Assembly: GCA_963786935.1 (NCBI GenBank)
Contig: CAWBAN010000005.1
Location: 1 to 64,000, forward strand
Direction: 5' to 3'
Length of the DNA: 64,000 nt
Origin: an uncultured bacterium
Lineage (GTDB): Bacteria > Krumholzibacteriota > Krumholzibacteriia > Krumholzibacteriales > Krumholzibacteriaceae
Shown here: positions 1 through 10,585 of the stretch, in pieces
Position numbering within the stretch: position 1 is the first letter of the stretch
Layout of the letters: each line of letters opens with the position of its first letter
Notes under the pieces: generated by a model
Told to the model about the DNA's origin: nothing
Seen by the model: the letters and a program-made list of their open reading frames with translations, nothing else
Database searches by the model: none
Made by a program: the position numbers and the translations under genes

Positions 1-309
1 GGCAACTCCGAGCTCGGTCCGAAGCTCGACGGGGAGCCGATCGGGGGATACAGCCTCTTTCTGGGGAGCGTCGAGGCGCGGTACGCGCTCGCCGGCTCGT
101 TCGGATTGGCCGCCTTCGCCGACGCCGGGAACGTCTGGGCGCCGGCATTCACGTATCGCTTCGACGATCTCGCGTACTCGATCGGCGCGGGTCTCAGGCT
201 CAAGACGCCGATCGGCCCGGTGCGGTTCGACGTCGCATGGCCGCTGACGGACGCGCGCGATACGGATGAAAACACGCAGTACATTCTGAGCATCGGCCAG
301 GCGTTTTGA
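1..309 (+). CDS. tamA: Omp85/TamA-BamA family outer-membrane protein, 3' part (runs off window start)
   Basis: Frame open from base 1: ...PIGGYSLFLGSVEARY...FADAGNVW...GAGLRLKTPIGPVRFDVAWP...YILSIGQAF, a typical Omp85 C-terminus with terminal Phe; directly upstream of tamB. Confidence 0.85.
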   Translation, partial: GNSELGPKLDGEPIGGYSLFLGSVEARYALAGSFGLAAFADAGNVWAPAFTYRFDDLAYSIGAGLRLKTPIGPVRFDVAWPLTDARDTDENTQYILSIGQAF

Positions 310-324
310 GGGAACGCCCGTAGC

Positions 325-3300
325 ATGAGAAAGGTCCTGAAATACGGCGCATACGTTCTGATCGGCCTCGCGGCCCTCCTCGCGGTCGTGGGGCTCGTCA
401 CGCAGACGGACTGGTTCGGGGAGCGGCTCCGCGGCTACGTCGTGCGCTTGGCTGACGAGCGCCTCGACGCGCGGTTCGATATCGCCCGCATCGACGGCAA
501 TCTCCTCAGGCACATCGAGCTCCACGGCGTGCGGCTCGTTCGGGAGGGCGATACGCTCATTTCCGTTTCGTCGATCACGATCGATCTCAGGCCGCGGCGG
601 CTTTTCGCGCGGGAGATCCGCGTCGATTCCGTCGTCATCGACGCTCCGCGGGCGGCGCTGCGCCGGAGAGCGGACGGCTCGTGGAATTTCGCGAACATCG
701 TGAAATCGTCCTCCCGCCGACACGAACGCGCGGAAGAAGTTCCCCTTCGCGGTCCGGCTCGACCGGGTCGCGCTGAGCGACGGCTCCCTGTTCGTCGACT
801 CCCGGGAGCCCGCCGATCCCGCGCGCCGTGACCGATATCCGGATGACGTTTTCCGCATACTGGGGCGACACCGCGCAGACGTTCTCTCTCTCCGAGCTCA
901 GCTGCCGGAGCGAAAAACCTCCGATCGGTCTCGAACAGCTCACCTTCGCCGTCAGCCGCACGCGCGCGGGGCTCGCCGTGAGTGATCTGCGCGTGCGGAC
1001 GTCGCGGAACGCCCTGAACGGCCGCGGATTCTACAGCGCGCTCGAGGAAACCGCGTCGAGGGGGAACCTCGAAACCGATCCGGTCGACCTTTCGGAGCTC
1101 AGGACCGTCTTCCCGGCGCTGAAGATGCGCGTGAGCCCCGCGATCGATGTCGACGCGAGCCTCAAGAACGATACGCTCACGGCGCGCATCGGGTTGAAAG
1201 AGAAGCGGGAGAGCATCGTCCTCGACGCCTCGGTGCACGGGCTCAGCAAGGTCTTCGATGCGGCGACGCGTGACAAGGCGGGGTATTCCCTTCGCGGCAG
1301 GGCGGTCGCCCTCGACCTCGCCCGCTGGTCGGGGAATTCGAACATCGACTTCGTCGCGAGCGGAACGTTCGATCTCCGCGGCACGGGCATGTCAGCCGCC
1401 GCCGCGGCCGTTCGAGGAACGTTCGATTTCGACGGCTCGACGGTACGGAAGATCAGGTTCGACGATTGTGCGGGAACCTTCTCGTACGAGTCCGGAGACG
1501 CCGCGGCGGCGGTCGATGCGTCCGGCCGCTTCGGGCGGCTCGCCGCGAAGGCGTCCGTGGCGGGCATCTCCCGAGAGCGCCGCTTCGAGGCGAGCGTCGA
1601 GACGCGGGATTTCGATATCGCGTCCCTGACCGGCCGGGACAGCCTCCGGTCGCGATTGAACCTCGCCGCGACGGCGCGCGGCGCGGACCTCGGCCGCCGG
1701 CGCATGGCGGCGGCGATCGAGCTGCGCATGTCCCCTTCGGCGATCGACCGCGCCGCGATCGACACGCTCTATGCCGACGCGGAGTATGAATCGAATCGCG
1801 TGCTCGTGCATCGGCTCCACGGCCGCACCGCGGCTGGAACGCTCGAAGCCTCCGGGAGAAGTGGGCCTCGCCGGGTCGAGCTCGCTCTCCTTCGCGCTCG
1901 ATCTCGTGGATCTCGCCGCCTTGCGCGGCATCATTTCCTCGCCGATACGCTCCGCGGCTCGGGACGGATCGAAGGGGACGTCGCCGGGAGGCTCGACTCG
2001 ATCTCCGCGGCGGGGCGGTTCTCGCTCGCCGGGCTCGCGTACGACGCGCTCGGCGCAGATTCGGCCGGGGGCGATTTCTCGATCCTGCGCGCTCGATCCG
2101 GCGTCTCGGGAAGCGGCTCGGCGACGTTGGCCCGCATCGCGGCGTCTCGGCGACTCCATCGCGTCGGTCTCCGCCGCGCTGAGCTTCGCGGACACGGCGC
2201 TGGATATCACGGCGGATATCTCATATCGCGACAGTATCGGGGCGCATGCCGAAGCGGTCGTCATGCTCGGGGATGAGCCGGCGGCCGTCGTTCGCGCGAT
2301 ACGCCTCGATTTCGCGGGGCGAAGCATGGTCCGGCGGAAGCCCGGAGACGGCGATTCGCATCGAGAAGGGCGGATATCCGGATCGAGGGCTTCTCGCTCG
2401 CCGCGCCGCCGCGGGGAACGGTCGGCGAGGGGATCTTCTCCGTGGACGGCACGCTCAGCCGCGAAGGGGAGGAAAACCTTCGCGTCAAAGTGTCCGGGCT
2501 CGATCTCGGCGCCATCGCGAAGACGTTCAAATCGCCGGTGGCGGCGGAAGGCAGCCTCTCCGTCGAGGCCGAGCTCACGGGGACGGCGCGCGAACCGCGG
2601 CTCGAGGGGAAAATCGAGGTCGTCGACCTGCTCGCTCCTCCGTTCAAATGCAGATCGGTCTCGGCCGGTTTCGGATATCGGGGAGCGGCGCTTCACGGTG
2701 AACGGTTTCATCGAAGCCGTGAAGGGATCGCGGGTGACATTCGAGGGATTCGTTCCGCTCGCGCTCTCGTTCGAGAAGAACGGGACGGCGCTCCTCAGGA
2801 ACGAACCGTGGGAGCTCGCCGTGAGGGGGAAGGGGATTCCCGTGGGATCGTTCGCCGCGTCCTCGGCGAAATCGTCCCCCGTCAGCGGCTTCATCGATCT
2901 CGATCTGCGCGTCTCGAACACCCTCGCGGATCCGGAGCTCGGGGGGACCTGCTCGGTGCGGGAGGGAGCCTTCGCGCTGCCCTCCGCCGGCATCGACTGC
3001 AGGCGCTTCGCCCTCGGCCTTTCGTTCGACAAGAGGACCGTCGCCATCGACAGCCTGCGCGCCGACATCGGGCAGGGATTCATCGCCGCCTCCGGTTCCG
3101 CCGCCTTCGGCGCTCGCGCCGATTCGGCGCGGCTCGCCGCCGCGCGATTGGACATTACGGCGAAGAATCTCTACCTCGAAAGCCGGAGGAAATTCGAGAT
3201 TCTGTTCTCGGGGGGGCTCACGGTCGAGGGCACGGAAAAGGAATCGCGCATCGGGGGATCGTTCACCATCGACAAATCCCGGTTCTTCCTGCCCACGCTC

Positions 3301-4227
3301 GGGGCGCGGGGCGCCGCGGGCGGGGGCGAGGCGCCTCCGCTCCTCGTCGCGGCTCTGAAGCAGTCCGGGCGGGACAGCGCGCAGGCGCCGCCGAAGCCGA
3401 AACGCGAGTCCCCGCTGAAGCGGCTCGGAGCGATCGGTTTCGTCAAAGGAATGCAGGGGAGCGTGCGCGTTTCGATTCCGAGCGGCATGTGGCTCAAGAG
3501 CCCGGAAATGAACATCGAGATCGGGGGGGACATCGACGTCGTGAAGAACGAGGCCCGCCTCGAGCTTTTCGGCCCCATTCAGATTCTGCGCGGGCAGTAC
3601 ACGTTCTTCGGAAAGCGGTTCCAGATCGTCGAAGGCACGCTGACCTTCAAAGGGGGCGGGCAAGTCAATCCCGACGTTTCGGTGAAGGCCGACTGCGAAT
3701 TCCGCACCACGGACGGCGACAAGAAAACGATCACCGCGCTCGTCACGGGAGAGGCGCGCCGCCCCGCCGTGCGCTTTACGCTCGACGGCAGGGATATCGC
3801 CGAGACGGATGCCGTCTCCTACATCACCTTCGGCAGGAGCGCGGACGAGATGGCGCAGAGCGGCGGGGCGAGCTCGTCGGCGTCCGGCGGTTCGTCGGGG
3901 ACCGAGCTCGCGGCGAGCGCCGCGGCCGGCATGATCGCCGGTCAGCTCTCCTACGCGCTCGGCGGCGCCACGGGCATCGATGTTCTCGATATCGACACGC
4001 AGAACAGCTGGCAAAACGCCACGGTGAAGGTAGGCAAGTATCTGAGCCCGAATCTCTTCGTCAGCTACGAGGCGGGCATCGGGCAATTCGATCAGGACGA
4101 GATCGATCCGAACGCCGTGACGCTCGAGTATCGCTTCTCGCGTCTTCTGTACCTGCATCTGATCGCGGGGGATTCGGAGAACAGCGGCGTCGGCTTCCTG
4201 CTCAAATATGAGCGCAAGCCGAAATGA
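325..4227 (+). CDS. tamB: TamB/AsmA-like translocation assembly module protein, split by several frameshifts (likely sequencing errors)
   Basis: N-terminal TM anchor and AsmA-like start (325-720), beta-taco-like segments spread over ORFs 828..2276, 2442.. and 1771..4227, and a DUF490-type C-terminus (G+YTFFGKRF...P+V+F...VGKYLSPNLFVSY). Confidence 0.8.
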
Positions 4228-4250
4228 AATCCGCCTTTCAAGCATCAGGC

Positions 4251-4269
4251 ATGAGACCAAGGTCCAATA
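4251..4269 (+). promoter_or_regulatory. Palindromic operator copy 1 (ATGAGACCAAGGTCCAATA)
   Basis: GACC-AA-GGTC core at 4255-4264; -10-like CATACT at 4292-4297; same core found at 19005 and 26532. Confidence 0.65.
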
Positions 4270-4363
4270 GTCAGACAACGGAGCTCTTCTGCATACTGGC
4301 CCTTGCAGCGGAACAAAGGTATCATGGGGAACGTCATGCGAGGAATCGAAGGAGGGATCCTCT

Positions 4364-5136
4364 ATGCGCATAACATTGCGAATTCTTCTTTTTGCTCTGG
4401 CCTGCATTGCTCTGTTCTCGTCGTCGGCGATGCCGACACGATCGTCCTGAAGAGCGGCACGAAGCTGGAAGGAACGTACAAGGGGGGCACGACGGACATG
4501 ATCAAGTTCGAGGTGGGCGGCTCAATTCAGCAGTTCGCCCTCGCCGATGTCGCTTCGCTGACATTTTCGGCGCGCGGGCAACGCCGGCGGCGAAACCGGC
4601 GCCCGCGCCGGCGACACGCCGCTGCGACCCCCGCGGCAGCAGCCGCCGCGGTGGCGAGCATTCCGGCGGGCACGAAGATCATGATCCGCACGAAGGACGC
4701 CGTCTCGACGGCTTCCGCCAAGAAAGGTGCGACCTTCGGCGCGACGCTGGATACCGATCTTGTCGTCGACGGCGTCGTGGTCGCGCCGAAGGGGAGCGCG
4801 GTATACGGGGTCGTCGTCGAGTCCAAGGGCGGCCGGGCGGTCGGCACGCAGCGCATCGCGGTCACCTTCGACAAGCTCATGATCGGCAATCAGGCCGTGG
4901 CGATGGTGACCGATACGGTCGGCGCCGAAGGCGCGCCCGGAGGCGCGGCGAAGAAGATCGGGGCCGGAGCGATCATCGGCGGCGCCGTGGACGGCGGCTC
5001 GGGCGCGGCGAAGGGAGCCGCGATCGGCGGCGCGGTGGCCATTCTCGCCGGCGGAAAGAACATAACGGTTCCGGCGAACTCTCTCGTCGAAGTGAGCATC
5101 AAGAAACAGGTGACGCTGCCCCGCTCGGCGGGATGA
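4364..5136 (+). CDS. Secreted hypothetical protein with Ala/Pro linker and C-terminal glycine-zipper motif (apparent 1-bp frameshifts near 4432 and 4575-4620)
   Basis: GGAGG at 4351, ATG 4364 gives signal peptide MRITLRILLFALACIALFSSSAM, then shifts into the DTIVLKSG... frame of ORF 4303..5136; GAGAIIGGAVDGG..GAAIGGAV zipper. Confidence 0.65.
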
Positions 5137-5148
5137 AGGAAGGTTGAC

Positions 5149-5562
5149 ATGAACGCACAGGGCGAATCGAACAACGACGCCGCGGCCCCGCGACCCGATA
5201 AAGGCACCATGCTCGCGCTCGATCGAAACTGCATGGCCGCCGAGCGCACGCTGATGGCGTGGATCCGTACGGCTCTCTCGCTGATCAGCTTCGGATTCAC
5301 CGTGGGCAAATTCTTCGATTATCTTGTGGCCGAGGGCAGACCGATACGGGGCTTCCTGGCACGGATGATGGGCCCCGACGGCGTCGGGATAGTCCTCGTG
5401 GCCCTCGGGGTTCTCGCGCTCATTTTGGCCATTGTCGAACATCGAAGCGCGGTCAAGAGACTGCAGGGTCAGGGTCTCGAGAGGCGCAGGAGCCCGGCGG
5501 TCGTCGTGGCGACGATTCTGGCCGTCTTGGGAATCTCCGCGATGCTGTCCCTCGCCATATAG
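5149..5562 (+). CDS. YidH/DUF202 family inner-membrane protein
   Basis: LAxxRxxMAAERTLMAWIRTALSLISFGF motif; 3 TM helices. Confidence 0.85.
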   Translation: MNAQGESNNDAAAPRPDKGTMLALDRNCMAAERTLMAWIRTALSLISFGFTVGKFFDYLVAEGRPIRGFLARMMGPDGVGIVLVALGVLALILAIVEHRSAVKRLQGQGLERRRSPAVVVATILAVLGISAMLSLAI

Positions 5563-5628
5563 GAGAGATCGAAGAGCGCGAAAGTCGCTGAATCGGAACA
5601 TCAACGGACCTGAGGAAAAGGGGATGAC

Positions 5629-7986
5629 ATGGCAGGCTTGAAAGAGTACAAATCCGGGACCGCATTCACCGGCGTCATCGGACGAACGTTCGACGTCTCC
5701 AGCCCCGCCTGGCCGCAGCCGCTGCGGGCGAAGGAAGGAGCGCCCAACGTCCTCTTCATCGTGCAGGACGACACGGGCTTCGGCCAGATGGGCTGCTTCG
5801 GAAGCCCCATCGAAACGCCGAACATCGACGCGCTCGCCAAGGGCGGCCTGCTGTTCAACAACATGCACACGACGGCGCTCTGCTCGCCGACGCGCTCGTG
5901 CATCCTGACGGGGCGCAACCACCACTCGAACGCCATGTCGTGCATCACCGAAGGATCGACCGGCTACCCCGGCGGAAACGGGAACATGCCGTTCGAGAAC
6001 GGGATGCTCTCCGAGATTCTGCTCCAGCATGGCTACAACACCTTCGCGCTCGGCAAGTGGCACCTGACGCCGGCGGATCAGATCTCGGCGGCCGGCCCCT
6101 ACGATCGCTGGCCCCTCGGGCGCGGATTCGAGCGCTACTACGGCTTTCTGGGCGGCGACACGCATCAATACTACCCGGAGCTCGTGTACGACAACCACGG
6201 CGTCGAGCCCGAAAAGACCCCGGCGGAGGGATACCATCTGACCGAGGACATCACGGACAAGGCGATCAGCTTCATCGCGGATTCCAAGCAGGTCGCGCCG
6301 AACAAGCCCTTCTTCATGTACTTCTGCCCCGGGGCGATGCATGCGCCGCATCACGTTCCGAAGGAATGGGCCGACAAGTACAAAGGCAAGTTTGACGACG
6401 GGTGGGACGCCTACCGCGAAAAGACGTTCAAGCGGCAGAAGGAGCTGGGCATCGTTCCGAAGGACGCCGAGCTCTCGCGTCACGATCCCGACGTGCAGGA
6501 CTGGAACACGCTCTCGGCCGGCGAGAAGAAGCTGTACGCCCGCATGATGGAGGTGTTCGCCGGTTTCCTGTCTCACACGGATTATCACTACGGCCGCCTG
6601 TTCGACTTCCTGAAGAAGATCGGCGAGTGGGACAATACGCTCATCATGTTCATCTCGGACAACGGCGCAAGCTCCGAGGGCGGACCGACCGGGTCGGTCA
6701 ACGAGAACAAGTTCTTCAACAACGTGCCGGACTCGCTGGAACAGAACCTGAAGATGATCGACGATCTGGGCGGCCCCAACACCTTCAACCACTACGCCTG
6801 GGGCTGGACCTTCGCGGGGAACACGCCGTTCCGGCGCTGGAAGCGCGAGACCTATCGCGGCGGCATCAGCGATCCGTTCATCGTCCACTGGCCCAAGGGA
6901 ATCAAAGCCAAAGGTGAAGTGCGCGCGCAGTATGCCCACGCGATCGACATGGTTCCGACGGTGCTCGAGGCGCTCGGCATCGAACCTCCGATCGCCGTCA
7001 AGGGTGTGACCCAATCGCCCATCGAAGGCCACAGCTTCGCCCACGTCTTCAACGACGCGAAGGCGCCCACGAAGCACATCACGCAGTACTTCGAGATGAT
7101 GGGGCACCGGTCCATCTATCACGACGGCTGGCGCGCGGTGTGCCCGTGGCCGGGGCAGTCCTTTAAGGAAGCGGGCGCCTTCTTCGGCGCGCCGATCGAC
7201 AAGGACAAGCTGGCCGAGCTCGACGCCAAGGGCTGGGAGCTGTACCACATCGAGAAGGACGTCGCCGAGAACCACGACGTCGCGGCCCAGAACAAGGCGA
7301 AGCTGATCGAGATGATCGCGACGTGGTACGTCGAGGCGGGCAAGTACAACGTCCTGCCCGTCGACTCGCGCGGCGTGCTTCGTTTCGCCGATCCGCGTCC
7401 GCAGATTGCGGTCGCTCGAACCAGCTACACCTACTATCCGGGCACGCAGGCGATACCGATCAACGCATGCCCCACGGTGCTGAACAGGCCCCACAGCATC
7501 ACGGCGGACGTCGAGATCCCCAAGGGCGGAGCGGAAGGAGTGCTCCTCTCGGCCGGGGATGTCCAGGGCGGTTTCGCCTTCTACGTGCAGGGCGGCAAGC
7601 TCCATTACGTCTACAACTACGTGGGGAGCGATTTCTTCCACGTGGAGTCGAAGGTCGCCGTTCCCGAGGGGAGCCACAAGCTGCGCTTCGAGTTCGAGGT
7701 GACCGGCAAGCCCGACGTCGCTCACGGGAAGGGCGCGCCCGGCCGCGGCCAGCTCTATATCGACGGCACGCTCGTGGGGCAGGCCGACATTCCCCTCACG
7801 ATGCCGCTGTCGCTCGGATTGGGCGGGGGATTCGTATGCGGCGCCGACAGCGGCTCGCCGGTCTGGGACAAGTACGCGCCGCCGTTCAAGTTCACCGGGA
7901 CCATTCAAGGCGTTACCGTGGACGTGAGCGGAGACCTGATCAAGGACGATGAGATGGCGCTGAAGGCCATTATGATGCGGCAGTAG
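5629..7986 (+). CDS. Arylsulfatase, Cys-type, no signal peptide, with C-terminal beta-sandwich extension
   Basis: PNVLFIVQDD, CSPTR signature, GKWH, SDNG motifs. Confidence 0.95.
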   Translation: MAGLKEYKSGTAFTGVIGRTFDVSSPAWPQPLRAKEGAPNVLFIVQDDTGFGQMGCFGSPIETPNIDALAKGGLLFNNMHTTALCSPTRSCILTGRNHHSNAMSCITEGSTGYPGGNGNMPFENGMLSEILLQHGYNTFALGKWHLTPADQISAAGPYDRWPLGRGFERYYGFLGGDTHQYYPELVYDNHGVEPEKTPAEGYHLTEDITDKAISFIADSKQVAPNKPFFMYFCPGAMHAPHHVPKEWADKYKGKFDDGWDAYREKTFKRQKELGIVPKDAELSRHDPDVQDWNTLSAGEKKLYARMMEVFAGFLSHTDYHYGRLFDFLKKIGEWDNTLIMFISDNGASSEGGPTGSVNENKFFNNVPDSLEQNLKMIDDLGGPNTFNHYAWGWTFAGNTPFRRWKRETYRGGISDPFIVHWPKGIKAKGEVRAQYAHAIDMVPTVLEALGIEPPIAVKGVTQSPIEGHSFAHVFNDAKAPTKHITQYFEMMGHRSIYHDGWRAVCPWPGQSFKEAGAFFGAPIDKDKLAELDAKGWELYHIEKDVAENHDVAAQNKAKLIEMIATWYVEAGKYNVLPVDSRGVLRFADPRPQIAVARTSYTYYPGTQAIPINACPTVLNRPHSITADVEIPKGGAEGVLLSAGDVQGGFAFYVQGGKLHYVYNYVGSDFFHVESKVAVPEGSHKLRFEFEVTGKPDVAHGKGAPGRGQLYIDGTLVGQADIPLTMPLSLGLGGGFVCGADSGSPVWDKYAPPFKFTGTIQGVTVDVSGDLIKDDEMALKAIMMRQ

Positions 7987-8058
7987 ACCCTGTCATGGCT
8001 CCAGCGCTCGAGTGAAGATGGCACCCGGATGTTGCGTTGACTTGGAACCCGGGCTCAC

Positions 8059-8087
8059 TTGACATCTCGCCCGGGCGTCGATAGGAT
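8059..8087 (+). promoter_or_regulatory. Sigma70-type promoter
   Basis: TTGACA-N17-TAGGAT upstream of the 8169 gene. Confidence 0.55.
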
Positions 8088-8168
8088 TCCACCTATGGCG
8101 GAGGACATCTATCCGCCGGATCAGCGAGGATGTCCCCAGTCTCTCACGTACCGCAAGGAGGTGTCCGG

Positions 8169-8699
8169 ATGAAACGAATCGGAATGATCGCCATGGTCGC
8201 CGTGCTTACGCTCGCCGGTTGTGCGTCTCAGAAAGACACTCCGGAGCTTCGACTCGCACGGGCCACGGAGGTCGCGACGATCGAGTTCGAGCACGGGGTG
8301 TTCGACAACGCCGTCGACCGGGCCGCGAACATCGCGCTCTCCGCGAGCATCGTCACGCTGGGAGAAGAACTGAAGCGGCCGACGACGGAGGAGGACAAGG
8401 ATCGCCTGCGCGGAATTCTCCGCGGGGCGTTGGCCGAGTTCATGACGAAGGATGCCTGGATGAAGGTCGAGTCCGAAACATACGCCCGCCATCTGACCGC
8501 GGCCGAGTTGAGCGACCTGGCGGCGTTCTACAGGTCCTCCACCGGCAAGAAGCTTCTGACCGTCCAGTCGGATTTGACGATGGAGATGAGCGATGCGGCG
8601 GACAAGATCTTCACCGAGAACAGGGCGTCATTTGAAAAGCGCGTGGGAGAGGAGGTCGACAAGGCCTTCCCGGAGCTCGCGCAGGGGACGAAGGAATGA
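8169..8699 (+). CDS. DUF2059-domain lipoprotein
   Basis: AAGGAGG RBS; lipobox LAGC; YARHLTAAELSDLAAFYRSSTGKK matches the DUF2059 motif. Confidence 0.8.
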   Translation: MKRIGMIAMVAVLTLAGCASQKDTPELRLARATEVATIEFEHGVFDNAVDRAANIALSASIVTLGEELKRPTTEEDKDRLRGILRGALAEFMTKDAWMKVESETYARHLTAAELSDLAAFYRSSTGKKLLTVQSDLTMEMSDAADKIFTENRASFEKRVGEEVDKAFPELAQGTKE

Positions 8700-9181
8700 G
8701 CCGGCTCGCCGCGATGCGGCATTCCGGATGGCCGGCCCTCTCGGTCATTCTTCTCGGCGGGATCTTCATGGCCGCGTCCCTCGCGGCGCAATCCAATCAG
8801 CTCCAGAGCGTCAGTTACGGGACTATCGTCTCGGTCAAAGCGGTCACGATCCAGGACAAGCCGAGCGGCAGCAAAGCGGCTGGAGGAGCTATGGTCGGGG
8901 CCGTGGCCGGGGCGGCTATAGCAGGGCATGGCCACCACTTCGGCGGCGCCGTAGTCGGCGGGATGGTCGGAGCGGCGGTCGGCAGCGCCGCCGATAAGGC
9001 CGAGTCGGTCAAGCCGGGAACGGAGCTGATCATCAAGCTCGACAGCGGCCAAGAGGTCGCTATCCAGATCCCGGGAGAGCAGAAATTCCTTCAGGGCGAC
9101 CGGGTCCGGCTGACGAGCGGCCAGAGCGGGACGAAAGTCGAGAGGGTCCAGCCGGAGACGGCTGCGTCCCCGAAACCATGA
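8696..9181 (+). CDS. Glycine-zipper 2TM (SlyB/YcfJ-like) envelope protein
   Basis: Signal peptide; YGTIVSV; GGAMVGAVAGAAI...GGMVGAAVG zipper; F..GDRVRL; ATGA overlap with the upstream gene. Confidence 0.75.
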   Translation: MSRLAAMRHSGWPALSVILLGGIFMAASLAAQSNQLQSVSYGTIVSVKAVTIQDKPSGSKAAGGAMVGAVAGAAIAGHGHHFGGAVVGGMVGAAVGSAADKAESVKPGTELIIKLDSGQEVAIQIPGEQKFLQGDRVRLTSGQSGTKVERVQPETAASPKP

Positions 9182-9250
9182 CGGCGCAGCCGCACCGAAG
9201 ACCGCTGCGCCCGGCGGGGCGAGGTCGGCCATGGAATCGAGAGTTGGCCC

Positions 9251-10531
9251 TTGAATCAGACTGAACCGACACGACGGACGGATTCATTCTCCGTGAAGCT
9301 CCCCCCGCAGCCGGAAGGCATGAGGCACCGCTTTCACGCGATGATCAAGCCGATCGGCTCGACGTGCAATCTCGACTGCGTGTATTGCTACTATGTGCAC
9401 AAAGGGGAGCTGCTCGGGCAACCGGGCGGCTCGAGAATGTCCGACGAGATGTTGGAGCTGCACATCCGTCAGTACGTCGAGGCGCAGACGGGAGAAGAGG
9501 TCGTGTTCTCCTGGCAGGGCGGGGAGCCGGCGCTTCTCGGGCTGGATTTCTTCCGCAGGGTCGTCGCGCTGCAGGCCGAGCACAAGAAGCCGTTCCAACG
9601 TATCGAAAACGATCTGCAGACCAACGGCACATTGCTCGATGCCGAGTGGGCCGTCTTTCTCAAACAGAACAACTTTCTCGTCGGCTTGAGCTGCGATGGA
9701 CCAAAGCGACTGCACGATCGTTATCGGATCGCCAAGGGCGGCGAGCCAACCCATGACAAGGTGATGGCCGCGGCCGCCCTGCTTCGAAAACACGGTGTGC
9801 GGTTCAACGCGCTCTGCGTGGTCAACCGCGAGAACGTGAAGCACCCGCTCGACGTCTACCGGTTCCTGACGCGTGAACTGGGCGCGCGTCGCGTTCAGCT
9901 GATTTCCTGTGTGGAACCGAAAGTCTTTCGTGATGTCGCGCCCGGCCGGTGGGACGCGGCAGGCATGCCGGTCGTCGGCACGCCGCAGGCCAGGCCCGGC
10001 TCCCCGGATTCCGCGGTAACGGACTGGTCGGTTGATCCCGATGATTGGGGCCGTTTTCTCTGCAAGGTCTGGGATGAATGGTACGGGCGCGACTTCGGCA
10101 AGTTCTATGTCGATCTGTTCGAGACGGCCGTGGCCCAATCCATGGGACTTCCGTCACAACGCTGCATCACCTCGGAGTTCTGCGGCAAGAACATGGCGAT
10201 CGAGCATAACGGCGACGTGTTCGTCTGCGATCACTTCGTCTATCCCGAGTATCGGGTCGGAAACATCCGCGACACGCACTGGGCCGCCATCGCCTATTCC
10301 GAACGGCAAAAGACTTTCGGGTTTGACAAGAGGGATAAACTGCCGCAGTATTGCCGTCAGTGCCGGCATCTGGAGCTCTGCCGGGGGGAGTGTCCGAAGA
10401 ACCGGTTCGTTCGCGCCCCCGATGGTGAGGGTGGGCTCAACTACTTGTGTCCGGGATTGAAACAATTCTACGCGCACATTCAAGGCGACCTGCCGGAGAT
10501 TCTGCGCAGGGTGCAGAAGGAGCGGCGATAA
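9251..10531 (+). CDS. Anaerobic sulfatase maturase (anSME; AslB/AtsB/ChuR family radical SAM-SPASM); start uncertain
   Basis: KPIGSTCNLDCVYCYY, WQGGEP, LQTNG, CDHFVYPEY, CxxC..CxGECPKNRF, NYLC. Confidence 0.95.
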   Translation: MNQTEPTRRTDSFSVKLPPQPEGMRHRFHAMIKPIGSTCNLDCVYCYYVHKGELLGQPGGSRMSDEMLELHIRQYVEAQTGEEVVFSWQGGEPALLGLDFFRRVVALQAEHKKPFQRIENDLQTNGTLLDAEWAVFLKQNNFLVGLSCDGPKRLHDRYRIAKGGEPTHDKVMAAAALLRKHGVRFNALCVVNRENVKHPLDVYRFLTRELGARRVQLISCVEPKVFRDVAPGRWDAAGMPVVGTPQARPGSPDSAVTDWSVDPDDWGRFLCKVWDEWYGRDFGKFYVDLFETAVAQSMGLPSQRCITSEFCGKNMAIEHNGDVFVCDHFVYPEYRVGNIRDTHWAAIAYSERQKTFGFDKRDKLPQYCRQCRHLELCRGECPKNRFVRAPDGEGGLNYLCPGLKQFYAHIQGDLPEILRRVQKERR

Positions 10532-10585
10532 GAGATCAAGGAACCGACGTATAGATTGAAGAACAGGAGAACAGGAGGCATTGCC

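Noticed and set aside
4522..7908. Very long antisense or alternate-frame ORFs (e.g. 4522..7908 -, 15860..18928 +, 34264..36843 +, 5' part of 54052..57723)
   Set aside because: Shadow ORFs expected in high-GC coding DNA; Arg/Pro-rich, no motifs, and they overlap well-supported genes
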